The notes under the pieces: model-generated
Database searches by the model: none
The model's input: only the letters and a program-made list of their open reading frames with translations
What the model was told of the DNA's origin: nothing
NCBI RefSeq assembly: GCF_028641065.1
Contig: NC_073391.1
Location: forward strand, 34,100,001 to 34,164,000
DNA length: 64,000 nucleotides
Direction of reading: 5' to 3'
Source of the DNA: Leucoraja erinacea
Lineage: Eukaryota
Program-made: the position numbers and the translations under genes
In this document: piece by piece, positions 35,001 through 47,000 of the stretch
How positions within the stretch are numbered: the first letter of the stretch is position 1
Layout: every line of letters begins with the position of its first letter

Positions 35001-38000
35001 GCTGACACGGAAGAGAACACCGTGTCCATCCAGATCAAACTTGAAAATGAAGGCAGTGACGAGGAGATAGAAATGGATGTCTTGTACAGCCCTCAAATGG
35101 CTTTGAAGCTGGCCATAACAGAATGGATGCAGGAATTCGGAGTACCGCATCAGTATAACTGTAAGCATTTGACCACATTTTCACTAAAAGTCTTTCCTAT
35201 CGGTGATCCACAAAGTTTTATCCTCCCAAATACCGGAATGTGACTGGCACAGAAAGACTTGCTTTTCAGTTTCCATTTAAGTTTTTTGCGTACGTCCAAA
35301 TTGAACAATATCAAGGCTAGCTAAGAACAAATCTGGGTACAGTCGGACAGATAGCATTCAGTCCACTCCTTCTTGCTGGCCACTTGGCAGCTCTCAATTC
35401 TTATTGGCACCCCATGGGTCTTCCTTGTGTGAAGACTTCGACTTGCACTATTCTAGAATATAATCACTAGCAATAATTTTCCTCAACTTCCTTCGAATAC
35501 TTCTACAAATTGTGTACCCCTGCATGCCTCTCTCCCTCCCTACTGAGTGCGATTTAACATTTCTATTCACAGTGTAGGCTTCGTAAAGCAGAGTGATCTG
35601 AAATAGTTCTATCTGCCTCAACTACTATATTACTACTATACAGTCTGAAGAAGGTTTTCGGCCCGAAACTTTACCTATTTCCTTCGCTCCATAGATGCTG
35701 CTGCACCCGCTGAGTTTCTCCAGCATTTTTGTGTACCTACTATTATGGCATCTTTTTCCATATAAACATCACCCTCTGTGTGGAACAGTTACCCCTCGGT
35801 TCCTCACCGTAAACCTTTCCCCTTTAGTTTTTGATTACCTTTCTCTGGAAAGAAGACTGCGTTCACCGAATCTCATTAAGGTCACCATAAGGCTCCTATG
35901 ATCCAAGGAATAAAGTCCTAGTTTGGCCAACTTCTCCCTATAAATGTGGTCAGGTTTAATCTACAATTGGAAATCGGAGGTGTCCGTGCTACAGTTGAAT
36001 AAAGGGGACTATGGGGCCAATAGAGCATAATAATTTAGAGCATGGTATGAAATGGATAGGGTGTTGACATGACATGACGTATGAAATGACATAGGGTGTT
36101 GACATGGAGAGAAAATTGGTTGTCAGACCGGAAGCAAAGAGGAGGCATGAACAGGTCCTTTTCAGAATGGCAGCAGTGGCGAGTGGAGTAGCGCAAGGCT
36201 CGGTGTTGAGGCAACTGATTACCATATATATTAATGATTTGGAAGAGGGAATTAGGAGCAACACTAGCAAGTTTGCGGATGACACAAAGCTGGGTGGCAT
36301 TGTGAACTGTGAAGAGGATATTAGGAGGTTGCAGGGTGACCTGGACAGGTTGAGTGAGTGGGCAGATGCAGTATAATATAGATAAATGTGAGGTTATCCA
36401 CTTTGGCGACAAAAACAAGGGAGCAGATTATTATCTCAATGGGGTTAGGTTAGGTAAGGGGGAGGTGCAGCGAGACCTGGGCGTCCTTGTACACCAGTCA
36501 CTGAAAGTCGGCTTACTGGTACAGCAGGCAGTGAAGAAAGCTAATGGAATGTTGGCCTTCATAACAAGAGGATTTCAGTATAGGAGTAAAGAGGTTCTTC
36601 TGCAGTTGTGTAGGGCTCTGGTGAGACCACATCTGGAGTATTGTGCACAATTTTGGTCTCCTAATTTGAGGAAGGACATCCTTGTGATTGAGGCAGTGCA
36701 GCATAGGTTCATAAGATTGATCCCTGGGATGGCGGGACTGTCGTATGAGGAAAGATTGAAAAGACTAGGTTTGATTCACTGGAGTTTAGAAGGATGAGGG
36801 GGGATCTTATAGAAACATATAAAATTATAAAAGGACTAGACAAGCTAGATGCAGGAATGCAGTTCCCAATGTTGGGCGAGTCCAGAACCAGGGGCCACAG
36901 TCTTAGAATAAAGGGGAGGTCATTTAAGACTGAGGTGAGAAAAAACTTTTTCACCAGAGAGTTGTGAATTTATGGAATTCCCTGCCACAGAGGGCAGTGG
37001 AGGCCAAGTCACTGGATGGAATTAAGAGAGAGTAAGATCGAGCACTAGGGGCTAGTGGAGTCAAGGGATATGGGGAGAAGGCAGGCACGGGTTATTGATA
37101 GGGGACGATCAGCCACGATCACAATGAATGAGTTCATGGGGAGAAGGCAGGCTCGAAGGACCGAATGGCCTCCTCCTGCACCTATTTTCTATGTTTCTAT
37201 GTTTCATAAGGGAGGAGCTGGCCAAAGTTGACTGGAAAGATACCCTAGCAGGGATGACAGTGGAACAACAATGGCAGGTATTTCTAGGAATAACACCGAA
37301 GATGCAGGGTCAGTTCATTCCTCGGAGGAAGAAAGATTCCAAGGGGAGTAAGGGGCGACCGTGGCTGACAAGGGACGTCAGGGACAGTATAAAAATAAGA
37401 GAAGTACAACGTAGCGAAGATGAGTTACAGAGCAACAGAAGATAACTAAAAAGACAATACGGGGAGAAAAATGAGGTACGAAGGTAAGCTAACCAAGAAT
37501 ATAAAGGAGGATAGTAAAAACTTCTTTAGGTACGTGAAGAGGAAAAAAATAGTTAAGTCCAAAGTTAGACCCTTGAGGACTGAAAAAAGGTGAATTTATT
37601 ATGGGGAACAAGGAAATGGCAGATGAGTTGAACGGGTACTTTGGATCCGTCTTCACTCAGGAGGACACAAACAATCTTCCTGATATAGTAGTGGCCAGAA
37701 GATCTGGTGTGACGGAGGAACTGAAGGAAATCACATTAGGCAGGAAATGGCGTTGGGTAGACAGATGGGACTGAAGGCTCATAAATCCCCAGGGTACTTA
37801 AGGAAGTGGCTAGAAATCGTGGATGCATTGGTAATAATTTTCCAATGTTCTATAGACTCAGGATCAGTTCCTATGGATTGGGGGTTAGCTAATGTTATTC
37901 CACTTTTTAAGAAAGGCGGGGGAGAGAAAACACGGAATTCTAGATCAGTTAGCCTGACATTGGTGGTGGGGAAGATGCTGGTGACAATTTAAAAAAGATG

Positions 38001-41000
38001 AAATAGCCGCACATTTGGATAGCAGTAACAGGATCAGTATGAGTCAGCATGGATTTACGAAGTGGAACTCATGCTTGACTAATCTTCTGCAATTTTTTGA
38101 GGATGTAACTAGGAAATGGACATGGGGGAGCCAGTGGATGTAGTGTACCTGGACTTTCAGAAACAAAGGCGAAGTTAGATGGTTGCCTGTTGCTGTTCTG
38201 TTGAGAGAACATTTGTCAATTTTGGTCAGAGATCTTCCATTCCATTCAGCTTCATGCTAAAATATTGTTGCCAAACTGACATTTTCCTGTGAACTATTCA
38301 CAAATTAGGTTTCAATTTATTGTCACTGTGTAAAGGTTTGTTTTGTATGCTCTCCTATCAGATTGGATGTACTTTCCAAAAAATACACTTATCAAACTCC
38401 AGTATAATAGATGGAACAATGGGGATGAATGCAGAGTGCAGAATATAGTTCTCAGCATTGTAGCGCATCAGTTCCAGAGACAAAATACAATGTCTGCAAT
38501 GGGGTAGAGGTGAATCGGGCAGTACCCAAGCTTATGGAAAGACCGTTGTGAATCCTGATATAATAGGGGAAGCAGCTGTTCTTGAGTATGCTGGTTGCGT
38601 GTGTTCAAGTTTCTAATATTTTTTTGTTTTCAGGCCGAACAGTCCCTCACAGCGGCGCAAAGACAAACCCGATTGACACGGGAGGGATTGGCACACCATG
38701 CTTGAACTCCACTACCACAGTGACCACGGTCTACCAGCAGCCCATCATGAGTCAGGGAAGCCCACTGAGTGGCGAGCCAGTCTTACTGGCCAAGGAAGAG
38801 GAGGAAAAGAAACAGCAGTCCGATGAAGAGCCAATGGAGATGGTATTGGAAAAACCAGACGAGCAAGAAACCAAAACCGTTAATCAGATCCTTACAGACA
38901 TTGTCAAAGCCAAATTGTCTGAGGATCTCAAACCCATGGAAATGGACAAAGACAGTATTGCTGAATCCAAGTCTCCGGAGATCTTTATGCAGGAAGACAC
39001 GGGAAGTGACATGGCTCCAATGCAGACAGATGAGCAGTTGAACAAGGAACAGTACATCCCAGGTCCCAACGAGAAGCCGCTCTTCGCCGCTGAGGCCATG
39101 ACTATGGAAGACCTGAATCTCTTGGCTGAGATGTTCTATCTGCCTTATGAGCATGGACCCAAATCTGTTCAGATGTTGAGGGAATTTCAATGGCTTCGGG
39201 CAAACAGTAGTGTTGTCAGTGTGAACTGTAAAGGGAAAGATGCAGAAAAGGTAAAATGTCGAGAGATTTTGGTTGCTCTCTCCTATCAAACACCCAGGGC
39301 GGCTCCTAGGCACAGTGTGCAGCTCCTTCTGAAATGATTCATTTAATGATCCCTGGAAGTTATGGAATGGAGTCTATACAAGTTATATACTGAGATGGAG
39401 CAGGTGAAGACGCCAGTCTGCATCTGACAGTCGGATAATGCCGATCCAGGCGTTTTTTTGGTCTGTTGCCTCCATGCCGACTATCTACACTGATCCCACT
39501 TGGCCCATATCCCTCTTTTCCTACGAGCTGTGTTTATGCCCACCTCTGCCACCTTTTGCAGCTTTTTCAACATGTGTATCATCCTCTTGGAGAGAAAAGC
39601 TGTGTCTCCTCCTTTAAATGTTTCCTCTCTCACTTTAAACGTGTTCTCTAGTTTAAGACGTCTACCCTTGGAGGAAAACTGACTATCCATCCCATTTAAC
39701 TTCCTGATGTACTGTATTTCCCGAAATGAAGACGCACCTGTGTCAAAGACGCACCCCCAATTTAAGTTGCTAAATTTTGAGAAAAGGCTGGCGAGACAGG
39801 ATCAAGGATTTGGTTTAGTCCAGGGGTGGGCAACATCGCCTGTGTACCCCAGGACTGGCTGCAGTTCCCAGATCCCTCGCATCCCTGGGACTGGCTGCAG
39901 TTCCCAGGTCGCCTGCCCCGGGACTGGCTGTTGCGCCCAGGTCACCTGCCCCGAGACTAGGAGAGAGAGAGAGAGCGCAAGCCCGGGACGGAGCAGCCAG
40001 CCTTCCGCCCAGTAGCTACCTGCCAACCACCACCTCCACTGGTTGTGCCTGTGCCAAAGGACACTGTGGCTGGCGGGCGGGCAGGCAGATGGCGCTGAGG
40101 TGGCAGCTCACAGCCACCCGAGCTACTTCCCTCCCCGGCGGTGCTGACCTTTTACAGCCGCATCCCATCAGTTGCCAGCAATGAGGGATAGACTTAGCTA
40201 TCCCTCAGTACAGCAGCATCGTTCTTGATGTTGCTGTACTGAGGGATAGCCAAGTCTATCTTACTTGGCTAACAACCTAACCTTCGGCCTCCAAGACGCC
40301 GGTTAATTTTCGTGAGTTATTTTTAGCGTCTTCATTGCCGGGAAATATGGTGATTAATAAAACGACACCCCTCCACCTCCAATGAGAACAATCACAACAT
40401 GTCCAATCTCTTGTAACTGAAACCCTTGATTCCAGGTGACTTCCTGATGAATCGCTTCTTCAAACTTTCTAGAGCTGCCACATCCCTTTGATGGTGTGGT
40501 GACCAGAATTGTGCACAATATTCCAAGTGTAGCCTATGTCTTTAACAGTTGCAACTTTACCCACCGCTTCCTATCAAACTATTTTGGATCTAGTTTGCCA
40601 AAATACCTTGTGCCATAAGTTCCTGGACCAGCTTGCCATGTGGGATCTTGCCAAAAGTCTTGTTAAAGTCTGGACAGAGTGAATGTGTAGAGGATATTTT
40701 TGCTAGTGAGAGAGTCTAGACCCGAGGCCATAGCCTCAGAATAAAAGAATATACCTTTAGAATGGAGATGAGGAGGAATTTCTTTAGCCAGAGGGTAGTG
40801 AATCTGTGGAAACGGACAACTGTGGAAGCCAAATTGATGGATATTTTTACGGTGAGGTTTGACCGATTATTGATTAGTAAGGGTGTCGGGGGTTATGGGG
40901 AGAAGGCAGGAGTATGGGGTTGAGAGGGAAAGATAGATCAGCCATGAGTGAATGGTGGAGTAGACTTGATGGGCCAAATGGCCTAATTCTGCTCCTAGAA

Positions 41001-44000
41001 TGTATAGACTTATAAAGTCTATATACACCACATCTACTGCCTTGCTCTTATACATTTTCTTAGTCACCTCAAAAATAAAAGGTCAGATTCGCGAGGAAGG
41101 ATTCCCCATACACAAACCTATGGCAACTACCCCTAGTCAGTCTAAGTGATCTTAAATCCTTTCCCAAATAATTGTTACTACTGACATAAGGCTCACCTAC
41201 CTGGAGTTCCCTGGCTCAACCGTACCGCCCTTGAATAATACCTCTGCTGAGCTCCTCCTGAAATTTCTGTTCTACGTAAAATATCAGCATCTACAGTTCA
41301 TTTTTGTTTCTGTCCATTCTGAACATGCCTTTGCTGGCTTGATATTCTTTTCCTCCACTTCTTCTGCATTTTCACCTCTTCTAAGGATCTGTCTTTAAAC
41401 TGTATTTGCTGTCATCTCTTCCTGTTAACAAACCTTGGGTGTGGTTTGGTGAGCCATTAGATTGGGACTGATGTATTGATCTATTGACTGACCACATGTG
41501 TTTTCTCCAGTTTCCTCCCACATTCCATACAGACAGCACCTTTGGTCAGGATCGAACTCCGGTCTCTGGAGCTGTAAGGCAGCAGCTCTACCGCTGCTCC
41601 ACTGTGACGACCTAAAATTACATTGAGTTATACTCTATCCATAAGTATGTATTTAGACAATAAGCAGAGTTCTGATTTTTCTGTTGCAGATTGAGAAATG
41701 GCATTTCAGAGCCACCAAGTTTGAAGAAATGTGTCGCAGAGTAATGCAAATGTTTACTCGCCTGGCTAACTGTGAAAACCGATCCATTCTCTACGACTTG
41801 TACCCATATGTCTGGGACATAAAGGGTGTTGTGGCCATGGTGAAATCCTTTGTCCAGTGGTTAGGTAGGTAACATCGCAGTCTGGTATTGATCCCACATG
41901 CTCTTGGTTTGAGACTCTACAATTGTGTCAGCCTTTGAAAACTTCTTAAACTAAAACTATCACTGCACCGAATCGATCTGGAATCCAAAGGTCGCACTTC
42001 AGGAATAATTTCTGCCATCCCCTACTTCTGTCCTTCAAAGTTACGGCATCTTCTAATTAACCCACATTGATCTTAAATTTCCCCCCCCCCCCCCCCTGCC
42101 CACATCACATGTACAGTGCAGGACATTGACATGCTGATGTCTTGTTTCTGAACTGGGATTTTAAACCAACACTAGGATTAGAGTTAATGATTTTGATTGA
42201 GAGTTTCTAAACCACACTTTTCCACTAGCTTTACTTTTCAGAGGCTGATGCAGTTGTTCCTTGTAAATATTTAAAGCCCACTGGTAATTAAAAAAAGAAA
42301 CAGCCCATTGCATTTCATTTTTGTGTTGTCTCTTTTTTCTGGGACTGACTGTGGACTGCATCACGTCACTAGAACTAGTAAAATGTCTCGAAATTGTGGA
42401 ATGGCACCCAGAGGAAATAACACAGGGAGAGCTGAAATGTGCCGAGATCACACCCTGCCGTTAGGAGCTGCTTGCTGTGTGCCTTGTAACATTACTGTTT
42501 CCAACAGAACAGTGGCATGCCATCAGAAGCCGAAGGCTTGGAACGCAAACTCCAGGCCACAGCGCATGCGAGCTTTATAAAACGCGCAAGGCTATTCTGG
42601 TGACTGCTGCTTCAGTCAGTACTTCACGTGTGCTACCAGTTTCAAAACAAAAAAAAAAATGGGCGGAAAGCCGTGTTAAAAATCCGGAGACTCCAATCTC
42701 CTTTCGCAAATGCAATTGGAATACAGTCATGGAATGAAACAACAATGAGAGCTTACATTGATTGAGGTGGTGGAGTGCGGACTGTCTCAGGCACCAGCAT
42801 GGTCTAGGTTACGGCATGTAACCAAATTTTATTCACAGGTTCTACGCAGATGACAGGGAATGTGACGTGGATGCAGTCTTTTAAAGAACAATACAGCAGG
42901 CAGCTCAACTGGCATCGTGATCACGGCACGTGTTCCTCTTTTGAAAAGCCTAGGATTAGGGATTGCATATTCGAGTGGCAAGGTCCCCTGTCTGAAGGCA
43001 AAGCATTTCGATACAGTTTCTGAAAAACGGCTGCTGTTGTGTCCTGGGGAGGGGTGAGAAAGATCCTGACTTCCAAAAGTGCTGCAGTGAGTTTAATACA
43101 AGAGTTTGCAATGTTATAATGGCAGGTGTAAGACCGGGTGGTTGTGACACAGTTCAAAATGTGCAATATCAGTTTTCTGGTAGACATCAGAAATGATCAA
43201 TATCTGACCACACTGATCGTTTAAAAAAATAAAAAAAATCAATGGGTGGGGTGCAAATTTATTTATTTTTCCTTGAGTCAGTACTGAACTTAGATTCATC
43301 TTGTTTAGTAATCAGCAGTATGCAACAGTTAGTTGGCAGCTTACAAATATTAGGTTCCATTATTGGAGTAATAATTGGCAGTGTTCAGCGCAGACATTGT
43401 GGGCCAAAGGACATGTTCCTATGTTTTAATTTTGTTCTGGCAAAAATCAACAATAGATTACACAAACAGCGGTGCTTCTATCAAGGTATTCGGCAAATTC
43501 AGTGCTAATTCATTAAACATGGGGGGGGCACAAGTTGTGAGAAAGGCAGCCTGTCATAATTTTTGAAGAGCTTTAGAGCTCGGCTTTTTCCCCGCTGAGA
43601 TTGTCCTAGTGTTCAGTGATGCGGTTTGCATTCTGTCATAACCTGAGTGTGATGCTGTGATGTGAAGGGATACTAATGGCCTCTTCTATTGTCTTGTCTT
43701 CTTCCCTCATTGTGTACAGATAGAAGAATCCTCAGCACAAGTTACTACAGCTGTGGGATCCACAACGCCAGATGTATGAAGCGTGGCGCGATCATTCATT
43801 TAGCTTAGTGATAGGCAGTGAGGTTTTCTAAGGGAATGTTTTGAGGAAGTCTTGAAGTCACATTTATGCAGCCAGTATTATAAGAAATGCTTTAACGTTT
43901 TTTTTTTATATAGAACACAGTCCAGATTAATTTTGAAATCAAAAGCTAGTTGTGTTACTGTCCCCCAAGTACCCGTTACAAGCTTTATGAAATGTTTTGT

Positions 44001-47000
44001 TTTGCACTCTGTTATAATGTAGGAAAAATTAGTTCTGAAGCTGCAGTTATTTTTTTAGAAATGGGTTCAGTTTTCTAAGCTGACTCATTTTGCAAATGGA
44101 AGTCAATTGCAATATAAAAATTAATCTTGTTCTCCATTCCCCAGCCCTGAAAACATCTACTGAAGGTTCAGTAAAGTGTTTCCGTGCCACATTCCATATC
44201 TTTCATTTTTTATAAAGTTCTGCATTTTCATTCTAGATTGGCATGTAACGTTGGTACTGCTCAGGACTGTATCTCACTAGTGAATCGAGAGGAAGGCTTC
44301 CTTATTCGTAGCCAGGTTACAGACTCGTTTTTGCATTGACCCATAAAAACGAGCAAGGCCTAGAAACTGAAGCTTTCTCTCTTGTGCTGCTCTGCTAATC
44401 TTGTCAGATGACTGTCATGGTATGGACTGCACGCCAGTCATCATTTCTGTTTGCCTATTTGGAGTGAAAGTGGAAAGTCAAAGCGAGCCGAGTTTTCCAG
44501 TGTCGCTTACAGTTTATAAACCATGGTGCAAGAATTCTTTATTGTGGAAGGAGGGCTTGGGTGCATCTGACCCTTCCCACCTTGTCCCGTTAAGATTGTG
44601 GGGCAAGTTGCTTGGTGCAGGAGTCGGTGCAATCACCGATGCTTCAATTTCTTGTGTTGGAAATATGGCTGATAGAAAACTTAAACATTTATTTCTCATT
44701 TCGACATTTGGTCTGAAATGTTGAGTGGCTTTTAACTTTTCTGGCTGGATTTAGATTTCAGATTTATGACGGCCCAAATTGCCTCAGTGTTCACCCCATT
44801 AAATCACGATAGTTCAGATATATGTGGAGATCTTATGCTGGCTTCTATTCGACCTCTGTCACCCAAACTGTGTCTCACCAGTTGGCATTCAGCAGGATGG
44901 ACAGGAGTGTGGTGACTCTTTGCGTGCTGGTCCCAGAGGAGGTTCTACTAATCATCCGATACACACGTTTTGTTTTGCCGTCTGTTATAATGTCAGAAAA
45001 ATTATTTCTGAAGCTGCAGTTATTTTTTAGAAAAGTGTTCCGATTTCTAAGCTGACTCATTTTGCAAATGGAAGTAAATTGCAACGTAAAAATGAATCTT
45101 GCTCTCCATTCCCCAATAGTAGCTGGATCCTTTGTGAACTGTGCTAATTGTAGAGCATTGAAGCACAGCTTTGTTAAAGGCACTACCCAAAGCCATCAGC
45201 TCCAGGAAATGGGTTGTATAATGACTCTTTGCATAAAAACATTGTCTCCAGTGTTATTTGTCGGAAACCTGTGCGTTATCCGTGATCACATCTGTCTGTA
45301 GTGGACATGCAGGCTTGTGCCATTGATGTAAATGAGTTGCCCGTGTCAAAGGGTGATAGAGGAAGAATATGCAAATATTTGGAAGTAGTAAAGTTGATTC
45401 TACATGTGGATATTGATAAACATCCCCGTTTAAGTCTCCTGCTTAACAGTCTAAATGGTTCTTTGCACGTCTGGTGAACATGTCTGTCTTTCCCTCACTT
45501 GCTCTCCAAACTTTATTATAGTTCATTGTCTGCTCAGTATTTAAAATTGAGGGAGCATTTACCCAGCAAGGCTCAAGGTTCATCATTTTGACCCGACCTC
45601 TGCTCTGACCACATCATCTGTCCCTGTTGATGGAGTGGTTTGGTGTGTCTGTGGGATATTATTTTGCGCCCCTTTCCTTTGGCTGACTTGGACTTAGTTG
45701 GCTGATTCTCTGAAACAGTTAACTGTCCACGTTCACTACGTTTTGTCTTGTTTCCCCTCTCTAGTTTTGAAACTATATATACCCATCCATCCTTCCTGTT
45801 CTTTCTTCAACCTTGCTTCATGGCTGGGAAAGAAAGTGATCAGGCCAATGCCTCAACAGCAGTGAAACAATCTGCGATTACACTTCAAAGCAGCTTCAAG
45901 CTACAAAGTCCTTTCCCAGAGATTCCTGTTTGCAAAGGGAATTTGGGAACTTGCTAGAAACCAGAAGTTGTGTTGGGAGTAAGCAGGGTCGTGGTTCCAG
46001 GCCTTCAACTGGTATGCAAATACAGACTCAACTTGATTTTTCCAATATACACCTAAACCATACAGAAAACTCGGCAGCCACCAGCAAATGAAAAGAAGAA
46101 TTGATAACTTCAGTCCAATCCAGAGTACCATTGTGTATTTGAGTTAATATGATTGCTGCAAATGTAACTTGGATGTAAAAGCCTACTAGAATTGAAGAGA
46201 TTTGAGATGAGAAGAGAACATGGGCGTTATCTGTTACTGAAACTTGGAGTTGATGCCTTGCTTTAAGACAATCTTGGTCTTGTTTTCCCTCTTGGAAATT
46301 TTTTCCGTCAAACATCTTGAATGGTGGACCCTGGTGTGAATTTTAGAAGAAGCGAGCTGAACAGGCAAAGATGGCTGGATGCCTTGATGTACGTACAAGG
46401 CCTGCTGGCCTGAAAACCCTCTGTCAGACAAGGGTGAGCTGGGGAAACTAGTTGCCTGCAGCTTACAGCCTGGTCCTGCCCAGCTTCAGTGTGCTGACTA
46501 TATAGGGCATTACCTGTGGAAGCTTTTATTGTTGGACCTCGCTGATAATACAAGAACTGAAGGATGCCATAAGTTGCCGTGAGTGCTCAACGATTGATGA
46601 GCCTTGCCCCCATTGAAAGACACACAACCTACAGATGCTGGAAAATCTGAAATCATAAATAAAGAGAGTTGAAAATACTCAGCAGATTCAGGCAGGGATT
46701 GTGAGAATGAAACATTGTGTTTCTCTTATCGACCATTGCTGGAGTATTTCCAGCATTTTCTTTACTTTTTATTTGAAGCTTGCAACTATTGTTGATCTTT
46801 AACCAGCATAGGTTAAAGGTTTTCCTGTTTAAACAAACAAATCTGCATACCAAATGTCATCTGACAAGAGGAGCCAAAATGTGACTTCATTTTAAGTTAA
46901 GGATTGCTTAGGGCTGCAATGGGACTAGGGACATCCTTTCAATATCCAATGTAGCCAAAACAGCATGGCAAAACCTGGAATTATTCCATGCACATTTGTA

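Noticed and set aside
39850-39960. Three spaced ~20-bp repeats superficially like a CRISPR array
   Set aside because: Eukaryotic context, spacers similar to one another and no cas genes; this is a minisatellite within a transposon.
43994-44160. Duplicated intronic element as an H/ACA snoRNA pair
   Set aside because: The size fits, but I could not see a two-hairpin fold or a terminal ACA shared by both copies. Kept only as an unexplained duplication.
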